From contig NC_083288.1 of NCBI RefSeq assembly GCF_963506605.1, positions 25,234,001 to 25,298,000 on the forward strand: a stretch of DNA of 64,000 nt, in the 5' to 3' direction. The notes beneath the pieces were generated by a model. That model had not been told where the DNA came from and ran no database searches. It was given only the letters and a program-made list of their open reading frames with translations. Below are positions 48,651 through 61,339 of the stretch, one piece after another. Made by a program: the position numbers and the translations under genes. This DNA is from Zootoca vivipara. Its lineage: Eukaryota. The first letter of the stretch is position 1. The number at the start of each line of letters is the position of its first letter.

Positions 48651-49264
48651 GTTGTTGTTGTTGTTTAGTCGTTTAGTCGTGTCCGACTCTTCGTGACCCC
48701 ATGGACCAGAGCACGTCAGGCACTCCTGTCTTCCACTGCCTCCCGCAGTTTGGTCAGACTCATGTCCGTAGCTTCGAGAACACTGTCCAACCATCTCATC
48801 CTCTGTTGTCCCCTTCTCCTTGTGCCCTCAATCTTTCCCAACATCAGGGTCTTTTCCAGGGAGTCTTCTCTTCTCATGAGGTGGCCAAAGTATTGGAGCC
48901 TCAGCTTCAGGATCTGTCCTTCCAGTGAGCACTCAGGGCTGATTTCCTTCAGAATGGATAGGTTTGATCTTCTTGCAGTCCATGGGACTCTCAAGAGTCT
49001 CCTCCAGCACCATAATTCAAAAGCATCAATTCTTCCGCGATCAGCCTTCTTTATGGTCCAGCTCTCACTTCCATACATCACTACTGGGAAAACCATAGCT
49101 TTAACTATACAGACCTTTGTTGGCAAGGTGATGTCTCTGCTTTTTAAGATGCTGTCTAGGTTTGTCATTGCTTTTCTCCCAAGAAGCAGGCGTCTTTTAA
49201 TTTCGTGACTGCTGTCACCATCTGCAGTGATCAACGAGCCCAAGAAAGTAAAATCTCTCACTAC
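48651..49264 (-). mobile_element. BovB (RTE) LINE, 5'-truncated
   Basis: ORF DFTFLGSLITADGDSSHEIKRRLLLGRKAMTNLDSILKSRDITLPTKV...AFELWCWRRLLRVPWTARRSN; (CAA)n tail; TSD CTAATCAT. Confidence 0.95.
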
Positions 49265-52200
49265 CTAATCATAATGAATGCAAAAATAGGCTTTGAAAAG
49301 GAGACTATTTTTGGTGGGAATCCCAGGAGCTCAGATAGGATAGTGTTGGACTATTAAGCAGGGGTTTTAAGACCCCCAACCTCATTTTATTTAGCCCTCA
49401 CCACGTTAAAATTAAAAGGGAGTCTTGCGTTAGCTTTATTATGGCATAAGCTTTCATGAACTGGAGCCTACCATCAAAAAAATATTATACCATATTAAAT
49501 TTGTGAGTCTTTAAATGCCACTAGACTTTGATTATTCTGCTACAGCAGCCTAACCTGGTTACCCTTATGGAAATATGTTTTGCCTTTACATTCCTGATCT
49601 AGGATTGCTGTAGATGAGGAAGTGCCACTAAACACCTATGGTTTCCTGGAAATTCCAGAATTTGTGAATGTGATCGCTCATCGTAAACCATTTTTCTTAT
49701 TTTATTGCACACATGAGTAATAGGCACTTCATCCTGCATTCCTTCTGATCCTTGTGGCAAGGTCAAGGGGTGGTAGTTTTTTAAAAAATTACCTTTGGGA
49801 TTGTTTCCTTGCAATATACCATGGAAGACTTGGTGAGGATCATTAAGGAGATAGCTGTAAAGATTATTGCCACCACCAGTTGAATTCTTTGTGACATGGC
49901 TTGAACCTGCCGCCCAATGTGTAGCGTATGAGTTCTAGCAAGTTGGACGTGGGATGTCAGAGAGCTGGGTGGCTTACAAATTGGGGAAGAAGAGTCTGAC
50001 CAACAGACTCCGCCAGAGGCTTTGTGTCATGCACTTATATGCCACACAGCTGGGACAGTTTGCTCATGAAAGTGGTGGGGTTGCTGATCTAGAACCCAAC
50101 CATTTTCATGCTGGGTTTTCAAAGCCGAAAACAGTTAAGCCTTTGTGACGACGTTGACCCCACCCTACACATTGTAGGGTGGCATCATCCTGGCAAAACT
50201 GCAGCTATGTCAGATAGACTCCCACCTAGCCTCAAGCAACTTGTGGGTGGAGGGGAAAGTTGTCCAGAATCCATTCATGAAGATGAATGGGCTTTGCTCA
50301 TTTGGTGGGGGTGGAATTCAATTGTCCCAGTTCTGTAAGGAAGTGGTTTTCCCTCCAGATCAAAACTGGTTAATTAAGTGCGTACAGAAGAAATATGGGC
50401 AGGAAATTCAAGCGAGTGAATGAAGCTGTAGTTGCTTGGTGAAGCTGCATGAAAACCCCTGCCCACTGAATGGTTCAACCTGAGGGATGGGGTGATAATT
50501 CCTTCCCCACCACAAGTACCATTCCTGTCCTGAGCCAATATTTGTTTGCTAAAAGCAATGTCAGTGCAGAAGGGCCGAAAAGAGCATCTTGTGAAACTTA
50601 TTCCGACACTTCCAGCTAACATCCAATGCATCAGACGCCATCTGCTTCGCCTGCAGAAAGATGTTGCAGGGGGCTTAATATTTAGTTGTGTTCTCTACAG
50701 CCATGTCAGGCACTGCAACCTGCCAAAGCTTGACCTCGCCCCCAAAGGCATACTCCTCCATTGTCTCCTGAAACGGACCGATGAAAGCTACATATTACCT
50801 ATCTATATGAATGCATCCATATATCCTGGTGACTAAAGTGATACAATCCATTCTGCCACCTCATTCCTTCCTCATTGTGCTGCATGTGTAGACCAAGCCT
50901 GAGCTGGATGCACATCTAAAACTTGTGCGTGTTCCCACAGCTAAGATGCCAAATCATCATACTGGACATAACCCACAGGCATGGAAAGAAGAGTCACACT
51001 TGCATTCTCTTTTCCCCACCCCACCCTCTGTCCTTCTGTGTGAGATCCAAATATTATTGGGGCTGAGTTTAATGATATGTTTAGTGGTTCAGAAGTCCCT
51101 GATCCCTTATAGGGAGGGGGACTAGGGAAATTCCCAGGATCTTCAGTAAGCCCTTCCTGATCTCCCATTGGATCCAGTAATATCTGAGTGTAATTTACAG
51201 GTATTCACAAAGCCGCTTCATTCAGGATATCCTGGGTGTCATAGCAGCTCTTTCACATTTGCGTCAAGCGTTTCCCAATATGAATCATGAAACCCCAGAG
51301 AGTCCAAGGCATTCTAGACATGAGCAGGACCTAAGCATGAGGTAAGGAAACCTCACCACCTGCAAGCCATGCTTGCGGGAATTGCCTGTGATGTACAAAG
51401 AAGACGGCAAAGGAAAAACTGGGAACGAGCAGGGTTTTCAATCAGATTCTAGACTCTTTGTTTGGCTGGCGCATGGCAACATCCCCATGTCTCAATCACA
51501 CACAGGCGCACAGCCAGCGCACAGCTAGCCTGAAAGAGATTGCCAACCAATCTCTGCAAACTGGACTCTGCTGATATGTAGTCCATACAAATTTTAATGG
51601 GAATTGTGATCTGAACTTGGTAGGATGGTCAGCCTTTTGCCTGGTTGGCTTGGTGAAACATGTAAAAGGGACCCAAGTGGATTCTGTTCTTGGAGCCTGG
51701 GTTGTGTTTCCTTCCTGTTTGGCTGGATGAGGAAGCAACAATTGACCCCAGATCATTGTCCAGACCACTGTTGGTTGCCAGGACTTGCACTGGAGCAAGT
51801 ACGCATGAAATTAATCTCAGGGTGACTCAAAGTAAAGTGGTTACACTCTGTATTGGAGAGTGCTTATGTCTGTTTTTTTCCTTCTTGTTTCCTGTGAACA
51901 AGATATAAATAGCAGCATGAGTGGTTGTCCAATTCTTATGTAACCCCCTAGAGTTGGAGTGACTTCTGAAAAACGAAAGAGTGGGCCATAAATCCCACAG
52001 CCCAAGGAGGGGGTGATCAAGGTCTATTGCCTGTGACAGCAGTTGATTGACGTTGGTATAGCAAAGGACTACAGAGGCCAAAGTTGTAAATCTAGGAGTT
52101 GAAATATGATGGAGGCCTTTGGCATGCGGAAAGTACGTCTGCAGAGCCTAGGCTCTAGCATGACAGGGTGTGATAAGAATGTGAAAAGAACATAGCCCAA

Positions 52201-52457
52201 ATGAAGCAAACTACCAGCCCCTCTCCCGCCCCAGCTTCATGTTAGAGACTGCAGTGGCCCAACAGTAGAAGTGAGTAGCCTGTGGGCCATATCTGCATGC
52301 GCCCCCAGCAAATTAGCAAATTTGAAAACCCAAACAGCTGCCAAAATAGCTACATCTCAAAACGGGCATGTTTATTGTTTTGTAATCAGAACAGTGTATG
52401 CTTTCAGATTACGGAAGTAGCACCTGATACTATGTTATATTGAGTAACGATATATGA

Positions 52458-52593
52458 CAGGCATCCCCAAACTTCGGCCCTCCAGATGTTTTGGACTGCA
52501 ATTCCCATCATCTCTGACCACTGGTCCTGATAGCTAGGGATCATGGGAGTTGTAGGCCAAAACATCTGGAGGGCCGCAGTTTGGGGATGCCTG
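52458..52593. mobile_element. Palindromic hAT MITE, intact copy
   Basis: TIR CAGGCATCCCCAAACT; TSD ATATATGA/CTATATGA. Decayed relatives near 16550, 18200, 24300, 43280, 45360, 46490, 59470 and 60540. Confidence 0.88.
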
Positions 52594-52647
52594 CTATATG
52601 AGTTCTGTTTTTCTATAGTGTATTACATGTTTTTTTTTATTGAAGAT

Positions 52648-52773
52648 TGTTGTTGTTGTTGTTTAGTCGTTTAGTTGTGTCCGACTCTTCGTGACCCCAT
52701 GGACCATAGCACGCCAGGCACTCCTGTCTTCCACTGCCTCCCGCAGTTTGGTCAAACTCATGTTTGTAGATGA
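52648..52773 (-). mobile_element. BovB 3' fragment
   Basis: Nearly identical to 48651-48770; TSD TTATTGAAGAT. Confidence 0.88.
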
Positions 52774-53688
52774 TTATTGAAGATACAGGGGCAAAATTAT
52801 ATGAAAGTCCAGCAGCTGTTTTATTTCCCTTGCATTTGGACACACTCTAAACCAGCAGAAGGTAAAACTAGAGATGACTGACGCACACAAACCGAGGAAA
52901 AACAAGTGACAATTGCAAGCAAAAACTCTTGAACTGTCTTGTCTCATTCAGAATCCAAACATTTTAAAATTTTACCATCTTACAGCTGTCATTGTGCAGA
53001 CTCTCTGTGCAAGATTTCATGAAGTTGGGACAAATAGTCAACACAAATAGAAATGGATAACTAAGGAGTATTCCAAGCCTGTGTGAAACTTACACATTTT
53101 CCAAAACTGCTTTTTCTATCCAAAAACTCATGGCCAGAGTCACAAGCTTGTCCTGTTGACCCAAACTGAAAGCAATGTTGGTTTGTGGGACAACCGAGCT
53201 CTCCTGTTGAGAAGTTCAGTCCCTTTTGTTGGTAGCTGCAGACACTTCTCAACATTTTGCAACTCAAGACTTCCCTTGGCCCAGCCTGTTGAAGCTAAGT
53301 CATGCAGATGTGCTTGTCAAAACTGAGGTTAGGAAAATGTGACTTCTGCAGGGATCTGTCTGAACGTGTGGAAAGCAGAAGGAAATCCTTTCGCTTTCTA
53401 AGAACTTGGCCTAGCAGAATACGTCATCAATTCAGAATTTGGCAACAATGAGGAATGACTTCAAAGAATCCCACAGATATCTGAGGGACCTCAAAGTAGG
53501 GTAGGGTGTCATACTCATTTTGGTGCCCAAATTTCAAGCAGGAAGCCAAGAATGAGGGAGAGTGAACAACTTCATGGTACCCAACTTTTCAACTTCCGCT
53601 AACCCACTAGAGTGGTTGTATGTGGAATCATATCTGTGAAATCCAGCTTTCCTTGCCTCCCCAACCAAAGTGATGTTCCTTCCTTCAT

Positions 53689-54035
53689 TAAAGGTAAAGG
53701 GACCCCTGACCATTAGGTCCAGCCGTGACCAACTCTGGGGTTGCGTGCTCATCTCGCATTATTGGCCGAGGGAGCCGGCGTATAGCTTCCAGGTCATGTG
53801 GCCAGCATGACAAAGAAGCTTCTGGCAAACCAGAGCGGCACACGGAAACACCGTTTACCTTCCCGCTGTAGCGGTTCCTATTAATCTACTTGTATTTTGA
53901 CGTGCTTTCGAACTGCTAGGTTGGCAGGAGCTGGGACCAAGCAACGGGAGCTCACCCCGTCACAGGGATTCGAACCGCCGACCTTCTGATCAGCAAGCCC
54001 TAGGCTCAGTGGTTTAACCCACAGCGCCACCTGGG
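53689..54035 (-). mobile_element. Full-length Sauria SINE
   Basis: Minus strand CCCAGGTGGCGCTGTGGGTTAAACC head through GGGGTCCCTTTACCTTTA tail. Confidence 0.92.
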
Positions 54036-57000
54036 TTCATAGCAGTCAATTATTTTAAACATTCCACTGGCCCCTTCAAGGAATGTGTGACCAACCACAA
54101 AACTCAGAAAGTACCACTGTCAGGGTGAAAAGATTGCTAGCAGCTTGAAATAATACTGTAATGCCAGACCCAACACAGTTGGAACACATCCCCCTTTTGG
54201 GCTATTTTTTTGGTGGTTCAAAATCAGTTGAAGGGAGTGAAGTAGTACATGTTAACATTTAAAGGCACCCGCTGTAAGTTGCTTAACTGCACAGCTGTCT
54301 GGATTACATACTTGGGATATTCAACATAATGCTAAATCCTGATGTTTGGAAACAAGTGTCCCCATCTCCCCTTTCTGCTTTGCATTTTAAAGGTTTTTCC
54401 TTGTTTGCTTTCCCACTCTCTATGTCCCGTTCTCCCCCCCCCCCCCCGCTTTCTTTCTGTTTTTCCAGTATTTGGTCTTAACCTTCCAACACTAAGCTCT
54501 TAACCTTTCGTTTTCTGCACCTCTCTGGTCCTGCAACCTAGGCAAGCAGGAAGTGCTACTGAATAATGTAGCAATTTCGGAAAACTTTCTGGTCTAGGGC
54601 TGATATGTCATGGCAAGCTGCCCAGGAAGTGGAAAAAGTAGGTATGAACCAACAAGCTTCAACAGAGATCTGACCCTGCGACCAAGTTTGGGTAATCCTG
54701 GTGCAAAAGTTTATTTGCCTCAGGAACCATACGCGAATGTGTTGCACTTCTGAAAGGCTCAGGCCATTTCCACACCATACAATTAAAGTGCTATGATACC
54801 ACTTTAAGCAGCCGTGGATTCCCCACAAAGAATTACGGGGGCTGCAGTTTGTTAAGGGTGCTAAGAATTGTTAGGAGGCCCCTATTCATCCCACAGAGCT
54901 ACAGTTCTAGGGCTGGTCTGCCAATCAATCCTTCCTTACAGGAAACTCTGACAGTTGTAGGTCTGTGAATGGAATATAGACCTCCTCACAATTCTCAGTA
55001 TCTCAGCTGCTGCCCCTTCTCCCACCCTTGGCCACCAGCTTGGCCGCACCCAGATCTGGGCAGGGGGCTTGCCTGCTGCCACTGCTGATTTGCCTCAGTT
55101 GGCAAAATATATTGGGTCAGCCCTGGTTTCCCAGGATTCTGGGAGTGGGAGGGATGTGTTTTTAAAGGTATGGTGTCTATGTGACGAGATCTGTGGTCAG
55201 AGTCAGAAACTGGGATTGTAAGCCTGCAGACAAAGCAGTGGGAGAGCTGAGTCATGGGTCCTCCTCCCTTCAAATCAAGTCAATAAGATTTTAAGATGAC
55301 TATACTGGAAACCTGGAGAAGTTTGTGGGTGGAACCGCCCCCTCTTTCGCTGTTATTGGGGGTGTAGCTACATGTGATGCTAAATGTGTTGCTGGAAATC
55401 TATTTCAGGTGTGTGACAAATTCAGATTTAAGTCTGGACGCATTCTAGACCAGCCCCATCACCTCAAGGAGCAAGATGGCCCTGGCAGAGATCCAGCTGG
55501 TAACTCAGCACCCAGGAGAAGTGTTTGCCTTCAGAGAAGGTTCAGCTAGTCTGGAACATGAGAACGACTTGAAGTCTACAGTACACTCTGACCTGTGAAT
55601 CTTTGCTGACGAAGAATTGTCGAAACAGGGCCTTGTCCTGATTTTTTACTGGAATTTATTTTTATTTGCCTTCTATACTGGGATTGATTCCTATCTGAAC
55701 TCTTCATCACACAAATAAAACCTTGTGAAGATATATTTGAAATCCATTTTTCGCCTGGCCCGAGTTCTTGCAATTTACTGTTTAGTTCTGGACTTTACCA
55801 AGAACTCCATTTTCTACTACAGTGCCTTGCCCTGCATCTCTTTAGCCAGAAGTAGCCAATATGGTACCCTCAAAAAGTTGCTGGACTCCCAGTTCCCATC
55901 AGCCCCAGCCAGCATGGCCAATGGTCAGGGATGAGTCCCTGCCCTAAGCTTTCTTACTGTGTTCAGGTGTGGTAAAGCTGCAGTCAGCCACTTTAGGTTG
56001 TGTCTGTGTCATTTCGTCCTTCAGGCAGCAAAATGTTTTGGACCAGCCGTGCTTCTTAGCCTAGTGATTCTTCCATCACACTTCGTGTTAGCCATCAAAT
56101 GCAGGTCAAGTGTACGGAGAAATTTTTTGGCAATTCTATATTAAATGGTTTTAATTCTGAATTTTATATTATTGTTACCTGCCTTGGAACCTGCTTGTGA
56201 AGGGTGGGTAAAAAATTTAGTAGCAGCAGTAGTAGTAGTAATAATAATAATAATAATAATAATAATCCTTGGCCCTGCAGCCATCTTCTCTTCAGCCATA
56301 CCTTTTTAATAGTGCCCCTTCATATATTTGGCATGTTCCAAACACAACTTGAAGAACCAAAATAAAGCTGTGTACATACCATATGTTTAAAGTAGCCTAC
56401 ATCCCCACCCACCCTCACAAAGAACCCTGGAAACTGTAGCTCTCTCTAAGCGTGCTGGGAATTGTGAGGAACAAACTACAGTTCCCACAATTCTTTTGAG
56501 GCAGTGCTCTTTAAATTTACCCAGGCATTTGGTAACTGAAGAATTTGGTTTCCTGGCAATCCCGGGATCGCCAGAAGGAATAGCGGCCGCTGTTTTTAAT
56601 GCTTTTAAATGTAATTGTTTTAGAATGTTTTCGCTTTGGATCAGTTGGCGGCCCTGGGCTCCTTTGAGAGGGAAGGAGGAAAATATAAAGCCAATAAAAA
56701 AATGGATTTATGGCATGTACACAGCCTAAATTGTATTTACTACAGTACTACAAACTACAGACAAAAAAGGGATATGGCTTGTTATGTGCCACCATACATT
56801 TAAAACTTTTAACAGTCATAACTTTCCCCCAAGGATCCTGGGACCTGTAGTTTACGCCTCACGGAACTACAACCCCCAGCACCCTTAATCTACAGTTCCC
56901 AGGATACATCTCTGGGAGCCATGACTGCTATAGTGGTTTAAATGTGCTTTAAACGTATGGTGGCAATCCCTCTGCAGGTTATTTTGCCTCCTCTGAAGGG

Positions 57001-57445
57001 ACTTTTATGGCAGGGTCGAGACGCCTCAAGCCTCAGGGCCCAATGTAGCGCTCTGGGCCTCCCTGTTTATTTTTCATATTAATTATGTAGAAATTTATAG
57101 ACTGCTTCCCAGCATTAAGCCATATAAGGACAGAATAAAACACAGAAGCACCAGCTCACAGGAATTAAGCCAGTTCAGCAAAGCCTGAGAACAGCCTCAG
57201 AGCTCTTAAGTGGCGCTCAGAGGCCTCCTCACGCCACAGCCACTCATGGGATCATTCCTACACATCCCTGAGGCGCTTTTGCCTAGCCAGAAAGTGTTTT
57301 AACTGTGACAATGCCTCTAGGTTTCCTGTATAGTGAGATATGTGTAGGGTGTGCATAGAAACTTTCTGCTTTTGTGTAACTGGAATGTTGCCTTTGGTAC
57401 AAAGGTCAGAGTCGCATCCGTTGCTCTGCTCACTTTTGCCTCTGG

Positions 57446-58148
57446 TGTTGTAAGAATTCTAAGGTCTCAGATACAAATTCAATGTTCATAAATGTACATG
57501 GCAAGCACATACATAAGTATATAAACCACGTGTCTGAAATAAGTACAGGAGAGCAATCCTGAAGCCATTTTGAACTCTCCCGGTGACCTCAAATATTTCT
57601 CTGCAAGGAGAAAGGAAATGGGAAAGCCTCCCCCACTGTCGTTTGCTTACAAATCCTAAGGGCGTATTTGTGTATGAATAGGGTGAGCCTGTGACCTCCT
57701 GGATTCGGGAACTAAACTATTAACCATCACAAAAGAATGGCCAGACTGCCCAGGTAAAGCAATCAATGACCATTATCAGGTATCTTGGCAGACAGGATTT
57801 CTGTTGTAGACCGCCTCCTCCTGTGATGCATTTCTGTTGTAGACTGCCTCCTTCTGTGATGTATGTCTGATGTTTTTTTGGGCTGGTCTTGAGCTACAGG
57901 ATGGGCAATTTCCAAAGTCTATACATATAAGGGCTTGCGCACCATTGATCTGGGTTCTCTTCTCCCTCCTGTGTGTGGGGAGTGGGGACCCTGTTGCCAC
58001 AGTACGTTTCTATTGCAATAAAGATCAGGCTTACTAGCTGCTTTGCTTCTCAATATTATCTGGCTGGCCTCTGTTATTTTCTCCTACCGATAAGGAACCC
58101 ACTTAAGGACTCTATACGGGCTCTTGGATACCCCATAAGGGCAGGTTT
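57446..58148 (+). mobile_element. Probable solo LTR inserted into an older MITE
   Basis: Starts TGTTGTAAG; TATA-like CATATAAG ~57923; AATAAA 58017-22; internal 32-bp tandem duplication; flanked by the direct repeat TTTTGCCTCTGG. Confidence 0.55.
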
Positions 58149-59345
58149 TTTTGCCTCTGGCCCTGCTCACCACGAGCATTTGGCCCCTGGAAGGTTACCC
58201 CTGGGGAAACATGACCCTCACGCTGAAAAATGAGCCCCTTGCTTTGCTTCTTCAGAAAACGCCCCTGCCAAGCCTTAATTTCAACCCCCACCCACCCATT
58301 TCTGCCCTCAACCCACTAAACAAAATATCTGATGCCTTGTCAGCCTCTTGTTACAGAGTGTAATGGATAAGGATTCCTTTTGTTTCCAGTTTTATGTCTT
58401 CACTTGCTCATACCTCATGGCCTATACCTAAGTTACAGATGGGGAAACTAGACATAAGACCTGTCTTTGGCATGTGAACAATGTCGCCAGTTAAAAAGTG
58501 ACATCTCAGCTCCCCCAACTTACACCCCGCATCATATGAATTAGTTACTCCAATACTTCATTTGTTTTCATTCATGTTTCAGTTGGGTCTCAACACATTA
58601 ATAAAGTTCAACACCACATTTTTGATTGAACAAATGTTAATTTTTATTCCTCCTCAGAAATTGCATACACCACATAATAATAAATCAAATTCATTTTTGG
58701 AAGAAGTACCGGTAGTAGCAGAATTAAAACCCGATTCGTATTACAATGGAAGCATGGATAGAAATATTAAGCACTAATCAATGACCCAGTGGCCAATTAT
58801 TTCCACCTTTTAAAATAAAAATACAATTTAAAAGTACCATGTCCATTCCATTTAGTGTCATGGTCAAATAAATAGGTATTTATATCCTGCCTTTTCTACT
58901 CATGTGGGGTGTTCAGAGCAGTGTACAGTTACAATAAAAGCACAACTACTCCTGCAGTGATACGACAGAAAACCTAAACAGCTTTAAAAACAAATGCTTT
59001 GGAATGCTTCAGCTGAGCTTAGGCTCTTAGCCAAATTCCAGATATTTCTCTATCACCTCATGACAATTACAAGTCATATCATTCCAACTGCCTTCTGTTG
59101 CAGAGGCTTGTAATGGAAGAATGTGAAGCTAGCAAGAGTTCCAGTCCAGTTTTGAAGGACAGTTAGCATCAGTTTTGAAGAACAGTTAGCATCAGTGGTA
59201 GACTAAAATCTACAAGCAGGATCGTACCTCTAGCAAACTGCAAAGCGATTTTAAACAAAATACGAAATGGAATTCTGCACAGATCGATTTACGTTGGTGT
59301 AAAACAATTTAAATAGCAAACAGAATTTACAATCATAAGTTAACA

Positions 59346-59351
59346 TTTATT
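59346..59351 (-). terminator. Candidate distal CSF3 polyadenylation signal
   Basis: Minus-strand AATAAA followed by U/GU-rich sequence (TTCTGTTTGCTATTT); other AATAAA near 60470, 59700 and 58645. Confidence 0.45.
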
Positions 59352-60064
59352 AAAAACCTCAGTAAAAACAACAAAACATCCTCTAGCATAAAACGTTACA
59401 GGAATAAATCAGATAGCAAACGAGCAATTAATGCTTTGGTTTCTAGATACATCTCTCTGTCTAAAGCAGGAGTGGGGAAACATATGGCTCTCCAGAGAGG
59501 TTTGATGGATTACAGCTCCCAGCAACCCTGACTAGTGACTACCATGGCTAGGGTTGCTGGGAACTGGAGTCCAGCAGCCTATAGCTGGCCACATGTTCAC
59601 CATCAGTGGTGTAAAGGCAGGACCAGCCCTACCATTCAACAGGGTGAAGCGGGTTGCTTCATGCAACTGCCAGGGCTGATACATATGTTTGTGTTAACTT
59701 TATTTTACGGCCCAGTACTACACAATTCACCAGGCAGCCGAGTCTAGCTGCCATTTTAGTTTCTCACAATTCCCCTCAACAAGAGGATTGTGGGAAATTT
59801 AGATGGCAGCCTCTGGTCAAATCAGGGATCCACTGATTATACAGCAACTGTTCGTAGCAGTTTCAGAATTATCTACTGGTGCTGTTCCAACAATAGGTAT
59901 GTGTGCTTATGGTTCATATTCAGTGGTACTTATCTATAACAAGTACAAGAAGATGCACAGCCCAGCATGTACCCAGGAGACTGCCAGAGGTGGGAACTAG
60001 ATACTCCTGTTGTTCCCCCGCCCTCCTGCAGTTTGGTCCGACTACCAACAGCCAGTACTCTTAA

Positions 60065-60082
60065 TGTTTAAATATTAAACAG
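60065..60082 (-). promoter_or_regulatory. G-CSF stem-loop destabilising element (SLDE)-like hairpin
   Basis: Minus strand C-UGUUUAA-UAU-UUAAACA: perfect 7-bp stem with a UAU triloop, matching the mammalian CSF3 SLDE as recalled. Confidence 0.75.
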
Positions 60083-60218
60083 TGATTTAACATTGCATAC
60101 ATCTTGGCATGTGTGCCACAGCAAGGTTGTAAGTGTTGCAAGATGCACACGTAAAACTTGCTGAAACTCCCTTGCCTTTGATAAACAAAGGTTCTTATCA
60201 AACAGTTAATCTGACAGG

Positions 60219-61083
60219 TATAAATATTAAATAAGTAATAAATACTCTTAATACCAGAGAAATGACTAAAGGTCTGAGGGCAAAATTTAAGATGCAGAAC
60301 ATTATTTGTTTTTAAGATACAATAAATTAAAATTAAAATAAATAAGCACAATAAATTAAAAACACGCAGTTGTAGGAATTGACTCTTAAGGATATTTCAC
60401 TAGAAATCCAGCAAAGCAAACAAGATCTTTCCATACAAATGTCAAGTTGGCATTGCAGGAAGAGTACATTTTATTAAAAGTCGAATCCAAAATTGCAATT
60501 CTACAAAATGCTTGAGATGAGCCAATTCCAGAAGTAGCCAGTGTCTTGGGTTGACTCCAGTTCCCATCATCCCTGAGCATTGGTCATGCTAGCTGGGGCT
60601 GATGGGAACTGGAGTCCAACATCTGGAGGATAGCAAAAGTTCAGCCATGGAGTTGCTGCAGGAGTCTCAAGTCAACATTGATAAAAACAACAACACCCGA
60701 TTGCTAAAGATGCCCTACATCAGTATCTTAAAAAGGCTAGGTTTTTTTTAAAAAAAACCAACGAATTTAGTTTGGCACAAACAGAAATGCTGAATGCCCA
60801 AACATGGAGAAGGCTGTCCAATAAATTTGGAGGGACATCAGAATATGGTGCTGTACTTGACTTTTGATTATAAAAAAGAAAGATTAGTTCAGTTAACAAG
60901 AGTTACTTCCTGCTGGTAGCAGCAGAACATCAAACTGAGCACAAAGTGACTTCTTAAAAATGATGCGTATGGTGTCCTGCTGCTTCTTTCTCTAAATATT
61001 CTTGTGCCTTTTGTTTTTCTTGCTTTTGCACGATAACAAGCGGCTTTTAAATTTTTACAATAAATACAATAAATAAATAATAA
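60219..61083 (-). promoter_or_regulatory. AU-rich element clusters in the CSF3 3' UTR
   Basis: Minus-strand overlapping AUUUA/UUAUUUAUU at about 61059-61083, 60319-60360 and 60219-60245. Confidence 0.7.
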
Positions 61084-61186
61084 AAAGTTAGGAGGCTGGA
61101 ATTCTGTAGGTTGGGAAGGAGTCCAGGCAGAAAAAGGATGCACAGGACCCTTCTACTCCAGGGTCTTACGGGAGAATCCCTTCACA

Positions 61187-61339
61187 TTATGAATAACAAT
61201 GCCTCAATGCCCGGGCAATCGCTTCCGTGAATTTCTCAAGGTTGCGGATGACAAGATAGCTTCCGATAGCTCTCTGATTTTGCAGGTCCAGGGTTTCTCC
61301 CTGGGGGTAGGTGACAGTGGTCGCCACACTCTCAAGTAT
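61187..61339 (-). CDS. CSF3: CSF3 (G-CSF/cMGF-like) last coding exon: ILESVATTVTYPQGETLDLQNQRAIGSYLVIRNLEKFTEAIARALRHCYS*
   Basis: CTTCAG acceptor; helix D ending RALRH as in chicken MGF and mammalian G-CSF; synteny with MED24. Confidence 0.88.
   Translation of the reverse strand: MLESVATTVTYPQGETLDLQNQRAIGSYLVIRNLEKFTEAIARALRHCYS

Noticed and set aside
49420-49570. Older Penelope-like terminus remnant (CATAAGCTTTC...GTCTTTAA)
   Set aside because: Too decayed; no hammerhead core left and boundaries unclear.
59141-59196. Short tandem duplications (also near 6947 and 16448)
   Set aside because: Two-copy local slippage with no further structure.
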